Assembly: GCA_965219165.1 (NCBI GenBank)
Contig: CBDCMW010000002.1
Location: forward strand, 422,706-486,705
Length of the DNA stretch: 64,000 nt
Direction: 5' to 3'
Source of the DNA: Candidatus Aldehydirespirator sp.
GTDB taxonomy: Bacteria; Actinomycetota; Acidimicrobiia; Acidimicrobiales; Aldehydirespiratoraceae
A program made the translations under genes and the position numbers. This document shows, one piece after another, positions 9,203 through 17,838 of the stretch; the first letter of the stretch is position 1, and each line of letters starts with the position of its first letter. The notes beneath the pieces are model-generated. The model was not told the origin of the DNA. It did not search any database and saw only the letters and a list, made by a program, of their open reading frames with translations.

Positions 9203-9955
9203 CTATCTGAGGCAGTCCAGCAAGTCTTCGTGGAGGGTCCGGTTGGTGGCCACGGCTGAGCCGCTGCGCCAGTCGTCCACGCCGGTGGTGTCTGAGAACC
9301 GGCCGCCGGCCTCGGCGATGATCACAGACATTGGAGCGACGTCCCAGTCGAAGCACTCGGGGTCGACCATGGCCTCGGCCCGACCGGTGGCGACCAGGGC
9401 GTAACCGTAGGCGTCGCCCCAGGTCCGGACCCGGGCTCCGGCGGAGCGGACCCGGGCGAGGGCGCGGTCTGGCCAGTACGAGAGCCCGCTCGTGCAGACA
9501 TAGGACTCCTCGAGGCTGGCGCGGTCGCTGACTCGGCACGGTTCGCCGTCCCAGCGGGCGCCGAGGCCCCGGCCGGCCCAGACGCACTCGTCGAGAGCGG
9601 GCAGGCAGATCACGCCCACAGCCGGGCCTCGATCATCGATGAGGGCCAGCAGGGTGGCGAAGAGGGGAACCCCCTGGGCGAAGGCCTTGGTGCCGTCGAT
9701 TGGGTCGATCACCCATGTGCGACGGGTGCGACCGGTCTGGTCTCCCTCCTCTTCGCCGCGGATCGTGTCGTCGGGGTACGTCGCCGCGATCTCCGAGCGA
9801 AGGAACCGCTCAGCCGCGAGATCGGCCTCGGTGACCGGCGATCCGTCGCTCTTGGCTGTCACCGTCAGGCCTTGCGACTGGTACCACTCCAGAGTGATGC
9901 GCCCGGCCCGCCGGGCTGCGCCCACCGCGAAATCGACGAGGTCCTGTTCGATCAT
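9203..9955 (-). CDS. Inositol monophosphatase family protein (possibly histidinol-phosphatase HisN type)
   Basis: 250 aa. IMPase motifs GEEEG, WVIDPIDGTKAF and WDVAPMSVIIAEAGG. Confidence 0.85.
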   Translation of the reverse strand: MIEQDLVDFAVGAARRAGRITLEWYQSQGLTVTAKSDGSPVTEADLAAERFLRSEIAATYPDDTIRGEEEGDQTGRTRRTWVIDPIDGTKAFAQGVPLFATLLALIDDRGPAVGVICLPALDECVWAGRGLGARWDGEPCRVSDRASLEESYVCTSGLSYWPDRALARVRSAGARVRTWGDAYGYALVATGRAEAMVDPECFDWDVAPMSVIIAEAGGRFSDTTGVDDWRSGSAVATNRTLHEDLLDCLR

Positions 9956-10065
9956 GTCCTCGGAGATCCCACTGTGCCCGGGAGAGGTTGGCTCTTGTAC
10001 CTATTATTGATATATTTCATTCTATGTCAGGCAGTGCCCATCTTTTCCAGCTAGCTACACTCAAG

Positions 10066-10440
10066 ATGCTTCAGGCAGAACGATGTCGCGCGGTTGCGGA
10101 TGTGCTCGATCTCCGACGAGCCGCGTTGACCGAGCGCCACCGGCCCGCGGTAGCCCTGCACCACGTCGAGGTCTGGAGAGGCCGCGCCGCCACTGCCAGC
10201 CGCACCAGGCTTCGACATGTCATCGGTTCGGCACTGTATTCCCTCGGCCTCGACCTGGCGACAGCCAGCCGGGCTCTGCGCAGCGAGGCCTCCAGGCTTG
10301 AGCAGGAGGCGGCTGCACTTCGGCGCAGAGCACGCGCCCTAGCCGAGGCCGAGGCCCGGGCCGCGGCGAGAGCCCGGGCGGTTCCGGCGCCGACAGCGGG
10401 GTTCCTCGAGAGATCCGCCCGGGTCAAGGCTTCCTCGTAG
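10066..10440 (+). CDS. Hypothetical Ala/Arg-rich coiled-coil protein (weak call)
   Basis: In-frame ATG at 10066 within track ORF 9988..10440. No recognisable motif. Preceded by an unusually AT-rich ~80-bp stretch. Confidence 0.25.
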   Translation: MLQAERCRAVADVLDLRRAALTERHRPAVALHHVEVWRGRAATASRTRLRHVIGSALYSLGLDLATASRALRSEASRLEQEAAALRRRARALAEAEARAAARARAVPAPTAGFLERSARVKASS

Positions 10441-10505
10441 GAGCCCAAGGGAGTGGCCTTCGGGCCGCGCTGACAGCAATTGCGTGCTCGCGTATTGTTG
10501 AGCCC

Positions 10506-11729
10506 ATGATTATCGACACACTCAGGTCGGTTCTGCGGTTCCGCCGGTTCGAGTTCAATGCGACCAAGCGGCGGCTGCAGAGGGCGGCCAGCATCGAGGA
10601 CTTGCGCCGGTTAGCCCGACGCCGTCTTCCGGGCGGGGTGTTCGACTACATCGACGGTGGGGCCGAGGACGAGGTGGCCATGGACCGCAACACCCGCGCC
10701 TTCCGAGAGCTCGAGTTCGTTCCGAGGGTGCTGCGTGACATGGGCAAGGTGGACACAACCGGCACGATCCTCGGACGTGAGGTGCCCTTCCCGCTGATCC
10801 TGGCGCCGACTGGCTTCACACGCATCGCGTACCCGGCCGGCGAGCTGGCGGTGGCCCGGGCCGCGGAGCGGGCCGGACTGCCGTACTCGCTGTCGACGAT
10901 GGGGACGCGCTCGGTGGAGGAGGTGGCCGCCGTCAGCAACGGCTCGAAGTGGTTCCAGGTCTATGTCTGGCGCGACAAGGGCCTGCTCAAGGACATGATC
11001 CTCCGAGCCAGGGAGGCGGGCTTCGAGGTTCTGTGCATCACTGTGGACGCGGCCATGCTGGGCCGGCGCGAGCGTGACGTGCGTCGGGGCTTCACGCTGC
11101 CTCCCAAGATGGGCCTCGACATCCTTGTCGAGGGCGTGATCCGTCCGAGCTGGAGCCTCCGGTTCGCCTTCTCGGAGCCGATCTCGTTCGCGAACGTGGC
11201 CGGCAACACCAACATCGACGGGTCGACTGCGGTCGATCTGGCCGCGTTCATGAACGAGCAGTTCGATCCGACGTTGTCCTGGGAGGACGTGGAGTGGATG
11301 CGCTCGCTGTGGGAGGGGCCGGTGTTGGTCAAGGGCGTCCAGAGCGTGGCCGACGCCGTGATCGCCCGCGACCGGGGACTCGACGGCATCGTGCTGTCCA
11401 ACCATGGCGGCCGCCAGCTCGACTCGGCCCCGGGCATCGTCGACCTGGTCGCACCGGTAGCCGAGGCCGTTGGCGGTGACCTCGACATAGTCTGCGACGG
11501 CGGTGTCCGCCGGGGAAGCGACATCGTCAAGGCGCTGGCGCTCGGAGCGACCTCGTGCATGATCGGACGGCCGTACCTGTACGGGCTGGCTGCCGCGGGC
11601 GAGCAGGGCGTGGACTGGGTCATCGAACACTTGCACACAGGCATGAAGCGGGACATGGCCCTGTGCGGCGCGGCCAGCGTGTCGGAACTGACCCCGGACC
11701 TGATCTACCGGGTTGATGCCGGCAGGTGA
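10506..11729 (+). CDS. FMN-dependent alpha-hydroxy acid dehydrogenase/oxidase (L-lactate dehydrogenase/glycolate oxidase family)
   Basis: 407 aa. Family pattern FDYIDGGAEDE, ILAPTG, SNHGGRQLD, DGGVRRGSDIVKALALGA. Confidence 0.85.
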   Translation: MIIDTLRSVLRFRRFEFNATKRRLQRAASIEDLRRLARRRLPGGVFDYIDGGAEDEVAMDRNTRAFRELEFVPRVLRDMGKVDTTGTILGREVPFPLILAPTGFTRIAYPAGELAVARAAERAGLPYSLSTMGTRSVEEVAAVSNGSKWFQVYVWRDKGLLKDMILRAREAGFEVLCITVDAAMLGRRERDVRRGFTLPPKMGLDILVEGVIRPSWSLRFAFSEPISFANVAGNTNIDGSTAVDLAAFMNEQFDPTLSWEDVEWMRSLWEGPVLVKGVQSVADAVIARDRGLDGIVLSNHGGRQLDSAPGIVDLVAPVAEAVGGDLDIVCDGGVRRGSDIVKALALGATSCMIGRPYLYGLAAAGEQGVDWVIEHLHTGMKRDMALCGAASVSELTPDLIYRVDAGR

Positions 11730-11867
11730 GAGAGACCGGGCTTAGTTGCTCTATTCGAAACTAGAGAATCCCTCCCGATTAGATTAGACAGACTCACATA
11801 AGTGATGTAGTCTCTAAGTCAGGCGGCCGGGCGCGTTCTAGGCTTGTGCCGGTTGCGGGAGGCTCAT

Positions 11868-13241
11868 ATGTGGGGGGATGATCGGGAGGCTCGCCGACAT
11901 CTGCTGCCCCATTTCACGCGCGGCGACGCTTGGCGGGGCGACGACCTGGTCGTGATCGACCGAGGCGAAGGCTGCTACGTCTGGGATACCCGGGGCACCG
12001 AGTACCTGGACGCCCTCGCCGGGCTGTTCTGCACCAACCTCGGCCACGGTCGCAGCGACCTCACCGCGGCTGCGGCCAAGCAGATGGACAGGCTTGCCTT
12101 CTATCCGAACTGGGGATTCGCCCACCCGTCGTCCATCGAGGCCGCGTCGATGATCGCAGCCGTAGCGCCCACGGATCTCGATCGGGTGTTCTTCGTGAGC
12201 TCGGGATCGGAGGCGGTGGAGTCGGCCCTCAAGTTCGCCCGCTGCTACCACCTCGCCAACGGCGACGAGGGCCGCCACAAGGTGGTGGCTCGCCGGTGGT
12301 CCTACCACGGCACGACACTGGGCGCTCTGGCCCTGACGGGCATCCCCAACCTGCGGGACCCGTACCTGCCGATGCTTGCCGACAACGTGCTCCGTGTGCC
12401 CAACACTTTGGGATGCACGGGCGAGCCCGGCCGTGCGGCCCGGGAGCTGACCTGCGTGAGCGCGGTCGAGGAGGCGATCATCGCAGCCGGCCCGGACACC
12501 GTGGCCATGGTCATAGCCGAGCCGGTCCAGAACGGCCGGGGCGCGCTCGTGCCCCCGGACGGATACTGGCAGGAGCTGCGCCGCATCTGCGACGCCTACG
12601 GCGTGCTGCTGTGCGCCGACGAGGTCATCAACTCCTTCGGGCGGCTGGGCCATTGGTTCGGCGGCGAGCGCTTCGGCGCTGAGCCCGACATGATCGCTTT
12701 CGCCAAGGGCGTCACCAGCGCATACCAGCCTCTCGGAGGGCTGGTGGTGCGCGGACCGCTGGTGGAGCGGGTGTGGGACTCGCCCCTCGCCATGTTCGTG
12801 CACGGTTCCACGTTCGGCGGCCACCCGGTGGCCACCGCGGTGGCGGTAGCGAACATGTCCGCTATGCGCGACGAGAACATTTTCGCGGGTGTCCTGCGCC
12901 ATGAGGACCGTCTCGGCAATGGCCTGCGGGAGCTGATGGAGGCCCACGCCTGCGTGAAGGACGTGCGGGGCACCGGCTACTTCTATTCCGTTGAGTTGAT
13001 GCGCGACCGCGCCTCGGCGGTGGACTTCACCGAAGCAGAGGTGGCCGAGCTGCTCCCGGGAGGCGTGCTCGACCGGCTGGTGCGCGAGGCGCGCGTGCTG
13101 GTGCGGCCCGACGGCCGGGGCGCGGTGATGCTCTCGGTGTCGCCGCCGCTGGTGGCCGGCGCGTCCGTGATCGACGACCTGCTGGGTCGTCTCGACCAAG
13201 TGCTCGACCGCTTGAGCGGTTGGCTGAAGACCTCGAATTGA
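11868..13241 (+). CDS. Class-III (omega) aminotransferase, PLP-dependent
   Basis: ATG at 11868, preceded by GGGAGG at 11857-11862. SGSEAVESALKFAR, DEVINSFGRLG, FAKGVTSAYQPLGG (PLP Lys) motifs. Confidence 0.85.
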   Translation: MWGDDREARRHLLPHFTRGDAWRGDDLVVIDRGEGCYVWDTRGTEYLDALAGLFCTNLGHGRSDLTAAAAKQMDRLAFYPNWGFAHPSSIEAASMIAAVAPTDLDRVFFVSSGSEAVESALKFARCYHLANGDEGRHKVVARRWSYHGTTLGALALTGIPNLRDPYLPMLADNVLRVPNTLGCTGEPGRAARELTCVSAVEEAIIAAGPDTVAMVIAEPVQNGRGALVPPDGYWQELRRICDAYGVLLCADEVINSFGRLGHWFGGERFGAEPDMIAFAKGVTSAYQPLGGLVVRGPLVERVWDSPLAMFVHGSTFGGHPVATAVAVANMSAMRDENIFAGVLRHEDRLGNGLRELMEAHACVKDVRGTGYFYSVELMRDRASAVDFTEAEVAELLPGGVLDRLVREARVLVRPDGRGAVMLSVSPPLVAGASVIDDLLGRLDQVLDRLSGWLKTSN

Positions 13242-13276
13242 AGTCTCCTAGTATCCATCGGGACAAAGGGAGCGCG

Positions 13277-14455
13277 ATGGAGCGACTGCTGGCCGCACTC
13301 ATGGTGCTTGGCCTCATCGCCGCCGCCTGCAGTGGCGGCGAGCCGGCGGACGGTGGGGGCCCCAGCACGCCCGACGACGGCGCCGCTGGGGATGAGCCCG
13401 CCACCAGCACCGCCCCCGGCAACGCCGAGCCCGCGGCGGACGGTGGGGGCCCCAGCACGCCCGACGACGGCGCCGCCGGGGATGAGCCCGCCACCGCCGT
13501 AGGCGAAGGCGAGCCCGCCGAGGAGATGATGCTCGATGAGCTGAATGTGGCTTACCTCTTGGAGTGGCCGACGGCGAATCAGGCGGCCGGGCTGGAGAAG
13601 ACCTATGACGAGGCTCTGGATCTGACGGTGAACTGGATCCCGTTCGCGTCGGGCGGCGACATGGCCCAGGCGATGGAGTCCGGCGACGTCGACATCTCCT
13701 ATTCGCAGGATCTGACGTCGTTCGCGAGCTTCGTGACCGGCGGCTCCGACTTGCTGCTGGTGGGGGTGGCGGTGAGCTACGCGGATGCCCACAACTGTGT
13801 GGCCCATCCCGACTATGGCGTGAGCGCGGACAGCGCGGCGCAGTCGCTGGCCGGACAGAGCATCTACACGCCTTTGGGCAACGCGACCCACCTCAAGCTG
13901 TTGAAGATGCTCGAGCATCTGGGGGTGGACACCGCCACGGCGAGCCTGATCCGGTCCGAGGGCGGCCCGGCAGCGGTGGTCGCGCTGGACTCGGGCGAGG
14001 TGGCTTTGGCGTGCGCGTTCGGCGACGCGGTGAACCAGATGATTGCCAACGGCGGCAATCTGGTGATGACCGGCGCCGAGCAGGAGGCCATCGGCATCCG
14101 CGTCTTCGACATCATCTCCACCGCTGGAGACTTTGCTGAGGCCTACCCGGACACCGTCACCGGCTTCCTGCAGGTGACCGAGGACGCCAACCGGGCCTAC
14201 AACGACACCCGGGACCCGTTCATTGACACCATCGCCGAGGCCGCGGGCATGGACCGCGAGCCGACCATCGCGCTGCTGGACGCGTTCTCGTTCCCCGAGA
14301 AGGACGTGCAGTTGTCTGAGGCGTGGCTCGGCGGGACCGTCCAGCAGCTTATGAAGGACCAGATGGACTTCTTCGTCGCCCAGGGCGAGATCGCCTCGGC
14401 GCTGGGAAGCTACGACGGCTTCGTCGACACCAACTTCCTCGAAGCCGTCAACTGA
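13277..14455 (+). CDS. Lipoprotein, NMT1/THI5-like (taurine/sulfonate/betaine-type) ABC substrate-binding protein
   Basis: ATG at 13277. Lipobox LIAAAC. Pro/Asp/Gly linker with a duplicated 20-aa segment, then an SBP-like domain. No permease or ATPase gene adjacent. Confidence 0.7.
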   Translation: MERLLAALMVLGLIAAACSGGEPADGGGPSTPDDGAAGDEPATSTAPGNAEPAADGGGPSTPDDGAAGDEPATAVGEGEPAEEMMLDELNVAYLLEWPTANQAAGLEKTYDEALDLTVNWIPFASGGDMAQAMESGDVDISYSQDLTSFASFVTGGSDLLLVGVAVSYADAHNCVAHPDYGVSADSAAQSLAGQSIYTPLGNATHLKLLKMLEHLGVDTATASLIRSEGGPAAVVALDSGEVALACAFGDAVNQMIANGGNLVMTGAEQEAIGIRVFDIISTAGDFAEAYPDTVTGFLQVTEDANRAYNDTRDPFIDTIAEAAGMDREPTIALLDAFSFPEKDVQLSEAWLGGTVQQLMKDQMDFFVAQGEIASALGSYDGFVDTNFLEAVN

Positions 14456-14634
14456 TCCCGTAGCTTGCAGGGCGCTGGGCTTCTCTGGCGCTCACTCGCG
14501 ACTGACGGCTCATAGTCGAACGACTACGGTCGCATCGGCTTGAGAATCCGGATCAAGAGAGGGACCCGCATGGAGACGATGGATGTGGTCACGCGCATGG
14601 CCGAGAAGCGGCTCATCCCCTGGCGAGGCAAGGG

Positions 14635-15582
14635 TTGAGCCGTACGCCGCCCGCGGCGGCGGGGAACGCCACCATTGTCGACTCATGGCGGCGTCAGGCA
14701 CGCGCCTGTCGAGCACGGGTGGTGCTTGCCGACGGCAGTGACGGGCGAGCCGTGGCTGCAGCCCGGCACCTGGACGTCGAGGGCCTGGCTGAGCCGGTGC
14801 TGATGGACGACGCCGACGCCTTCCGCTCTGCTGCGGTCCGTGCGCAGGCCGAGGCCTCACCTTGGCGCGACCGCATCGATCTGGACGACCCGCTGCATGT
14901 GGCTGCCCTCATGGTGGCCGCGGGCGAGGCCGACGCTTGCGTGGCCGGGGCCTCCCGGCCCACCCCCGACGTGGTCAGGGCCGCGCTGTCCTGCATCGGG
15001 CGGGCTCCCGGGGTCGACATCGTCAGCAGCTGCTTCCTGCTGGCGCTGCCCGACGGCACGGCAGTCACCTACGCCGACTGCGGGGTCGTGCCCGAGCCCG
15101 ATGCGGACCAGCTGGCCTCCATCGCGATCTCGAGCGCGGCCACCCACGAGGCCCTGGCCGGCCGCGAGGCACGTGTGGCCATGCTGTCGTACTCCACCAA
15201 GGGCAGCGCGGAGGGTCCCCGAGTCGAGCTGGTCCGGTCGGCCACCGAGATCGTTCGGCGCCGGGCGCCGTCGCTGGCCGTGGACGGCGAGTTGCAGTTC
15301 GACGCGGCTTGGGACCGGCAGGTGGCCGAGTCGAAGGCGCCGGGGTCGCCGGTGGCGGGCCGGGCCAATGTGTTCGTGTTCCCTGACCTCTCGTCGGGCA
15401 ACATCGCCTACAAGATCACCCAGCGCCTGGCCGGTGCCCGAGCCTTCGGACCGCTCCTCCAGGGCACTGCGGGCGTGATTCACGACTTGTCGAGGGGCTG
15501 TGATGTCGACGACATCGTCAACGTGGCCGTGATCGCAGCCTGCCAGTCCGCATGGCGAGGCCGGCTTGTCAGTCGGACCTAA
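14635..15582 (+). CDS. Phosphate acetyl/butyryl-transferase family protein (short Pta-like)
   Basis: 315 aa. C-terminal pattern NVFVFPDLSSGNIAYKITQRLAGARAFGPLLQG typical of the PTA_PTB family. Start codon (TTG per track) uncertain. No ackA adjacent. Confidence 0.75.
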   Translation: MSRTPPAAAGNATIVDSWRRQARACRARVVLADGSDGRAVAAARHLDVEGLAEPVLMDDADAFRSAAVRAQAEASPWRDRIDLDDPLHVAALMVAAGEADACVAGASRPTPDVVRAALSCIGRAPGVDIVSSCFLLALPDGTAVTYADCGVVPEPDADQLASIAISSAATHEALAGREARVAMLSYSTKGSAEGPRVELVRSATEIVRRRAPSLAVDGELQFDAAWDRQVAESKAPGSPVAGRANVFVFPDLSSGNIAYKITQRLAGARAFGPLLQGTAGVIHDLSRGCDVDDIVNVAVIAACQSAWRGRLVSRT

Positions 15583-15646
15583 CGCTGCGCTATACCTGCT
15601 AACTTCCAGCGCGAGCCGGACGACTGGACGATCTGGGAGGGACCGG

Positions 15647-16267
15647 GTGACTCTTCGTGACGCTAGGTCGGGCTCGACTCGACGATCGCTGGACAGCGAG
15701 ACCGTGATCTCGGCCGCAGCGCGAATCGCCGACGAGGCGGGACTCGACAAGCTGACCCTGACCCGGGTGGCCGACGCTCTCGGCGTTCGCCAGCCTGCCC
15801 TCTACCGGCATGTGGGCGGCTACGACGACCTCATGCGCAGCTTGAGCCTCCTGGGCCGCGAGATCCTGGCCAAGAAACTCTCCGACTCGGCCGTCGGCCT
15901 AGCCGGCGACGACGCCGTGGCCGCGGTAGGCCACGCCTGGCGGGCCATGGTCCGGGACCATCCCGGCATCTACGCCGCAACTGATCGCTACCCGTGCGCG
16001 GGCGACCCCGAGCTGGAGAGCGCGGTGGAGCAGGTGCTGGCCGTGGTGGGTCAGGCTCTCAGGGCCTACGACCTCTCCGAGGAGGACCGGGTTCACGCCG
16101 CTCGCACCCTGCGCAGCGCCTTCCACGGATTCAGCCATCTGGAGTCGGGCGACGGCCATCCGCTGCCGCATGACCCCGACGACACCTTCACCCATCTCGT
16201 GGAGCTGCTGTGCGTCGGCATCGAACGGCTGGCCCGCACGTCCGGTGCTCGCGGGGCAGCTGCCTAG
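15647..16267 (+). CDS. TetR family transcriptional regulator
   Basis: GTG at 15647, preceded by GGGAGGGA. HTH region LTLTRVADALGVRQPALYRHVGGYDDL. C-terminal WHG-like region (AFHGFSHLE). Confidence 0.8.
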   Translation: MTLRDARSGSTRRSLDSETVISAAARIADEAGLDKLTLTRVADALGVRQPALYRHVGGYDDLMRSLSLLGREILAKKLSDSAVGLAGDDAVAAVGHAWRAMVRDHPGIYAATDRYPCAGDPELESAVEQVLAVVGQALRAYDLSEEDRVHAARTLRSAFHGFSHLESGDGHPLPHDPDDTFTHLVELLCVGIERLARTSGARGAAA

Positions 16268-16310
16268 TGGCTCAGAACAGGTTCCTCCTCGACCGCGGCA
16301 GGGGTGCGGG

Positions 16311-17825
16311 GTGACCCGGCTCGGGTTCCTATTGGACAGCGACAGCTGCATCGGCTGTCACGCCTGCACGGTCGCGTGCAAGAGCGAGCACGACATTCCG
16401 TTGGGCGTCAACCGCACCTGGGTGAAGTACATCGAGACCGGTACGTTCCCCAATGTCAACCGGCACTTCTCGGTGATGCGCTGCAACCACTGCGACGACG
16501 CGCCCTGCATCGCCATCTGCCCCACCAACGCGCTGTTCCGGGCAGCCAACGGCGTGGTGGACTTCGACGACAGCAACTGCATCGGCTGCAAGGGGTGCAT
16601 GAACGCCTGCCCGTACGACGCCATCTACATCAACCCCGTCACCAACACCGCCAACAAGTGCAATTTCTGCAACCACCGCATTGAGCAGGGCCTCGAGCCG
16701 AGTTGCGTGGTGGTGTGCCCCACCCACGCCATCAAGGTCGCCGATCTCGACGACCCGAACGACGAAACCACGAGGATCATCGCTCGTAGCGACACCGCGG
16801 TGCGGTCCCCGGAGCAGCAGACCCTGCCCAAGGTGCACTACCTGGGCGCCGATCAGGCCTCGCTGGACCCGCTGCGCACCGCCATCGCGGCCGACGGCAT
16901 GATCTGGGCCGACACCACGCCGCAGCATCCGACGGCCGAGCCCGACGGCCACGGCGTGGTGGCCCGCACCGCCTACACCACCGCCCATCAGATGACCTGG
17001 AAGGCCAAGGTGTCGAGCTATCTGGTCACTAAGGCGATCGCCGCCGGTGTGATGGCGGTGGCCGCTCTGTTGGCGCTGCTGGGCCACGGCGGCTCGCAGG
17101 CCGCGGTGGGTGTGATGCCGCCGGTGGTTGCGGGGTTCTTCCTCGCGGTAACGGGTGCGCTACTGGTGGGGGACCTGCGCCGCCCGGAGCGCTTCTACTA
17201 CCTGCTCACCCGGAGCAACCGCCGCTCCTGGCTGGTCAAGGGCGCATGGGTGCTCGGCGGATTCGCGGCCGTGTGCGGAGCGTGGTTCGTTGCCGGTGTT
17301 GCGGGCTCGCCGGCGGTGCTGCAGGCGCTGGCTGTGCCCGCGGCGCTGCTGGCTGCGGCCACCGCCGGCTACACGGCCTTCCTGTTCGGTCAGTGCGAGG
17401 GCCGGGACCTGTGGCAGACGCCGCTGCTGCTGCCGACGCTGCTGGCCCAGGCCGCGGTGGCCGGCGGCGCCGCCTATTCGCTGGCGGATCTTGCCATCGA
17501 GATCCCCGAGGCGGCCGCGGTGCGCTGGGTGATGCTGGGCGGAATCCTGGCCAGCGCGGTGCTCATCGCGGCCGAGGTGGCGTTGCGGGGCACCGCCCAT
17601 GTGGAGGCGGCTGTGGCGGCCATGACCCGCGGCCGCTACGCCCGTCGCTTCTGGGCCGGAGGCATGGTGTTGGGCCTGGTCCTGCCTGGAGCCGCCACCG
17701 CCGCCGCCCTCGCGGCCGGCGCCGGCGCTGCGCTGCCCGCCGCCGCGGGGCTGGCCGCGCTGGTGGGCATGTGGTTCTACGAGGACAGCTTCGTTCGGGC
17801 CGGCCAGTCCGTCCCGCTGTCGTAG
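16311..17825 (+). CDS. 4Fe-4S ferredoxin-type subunit fused to a polytopic NrfD/PsrC-like membrane domain (Mo-oxidoreductase electron-transfer/anchor subunit)
   Basis: GTG at 16311. Four Cys clusters (CIGCHACTVAC, CNHCDDAPCIAIC, CIGCKGCMNAC, CNFC...CVVVC), followed by ~300 aa with multiple hydrophobic helices. No twin-arginine signal. Confidence 0.8.
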   Translation: MTRLGFLLDSDSCIGCHACTVACKSEHDIPLGVNRTWVKYIETGTFPNVNRHFSVMRCNHCDDAPCIAICPTNALFRAANGVVDFDDSNCIGCKGCMNACPYDAIYINPVTNTANKCNFCNHRIEQGLEPSCVVVCPTHAIKVADLDDPNDETTRIIARSDTAVRSPEQQTLPKVHYLGADQASLDPLRTAIAADGMIWADTTPQHPTAEPDGHGVVARTAYTTAHQMTWKAKVSSYLVTKAIAAGVMAVAALLALLGHGGSQAAVGVMPPVVAGFFLAVTGALLVGDLRRPERFYYLLTRSNRRSWLVKGAWVLGGFAAVCGAWFVAGVAGSPAVLQALAVPAALLAAATAGYTAFLFGQCEGRDLWQTPLLLPTLLAQAAVAGGAAYSLADLAIEIPEAAAVRWVMLGGILASAVLIAAEVALRGTAHVEAAVAAMTRGRYARRFWAGGMVLGLVLPGAATAAALAAGAGAALPAAAGLAALVGMWFYEDSFVRAGQSVPLS

Positions 17826-17838
17826 GGGGAATCGCGCC

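Noticed and set aside
9988-10065. N-terminal part of track ORF 9988..10440 lying in the AT-rich stretch
   Set aside because: The composition is unlike coding sequence of this genome. It is more likely the promoter region between divergent genes, so only the 10066 start is kept, and at low confidence.
14458-14469. 12-nt match (cccgtagcttgc) to the start of the dispersed repeat after the SBP gene
   Set aside because: Too short, and the sequence diverges immediately afterwards. It could be chance.
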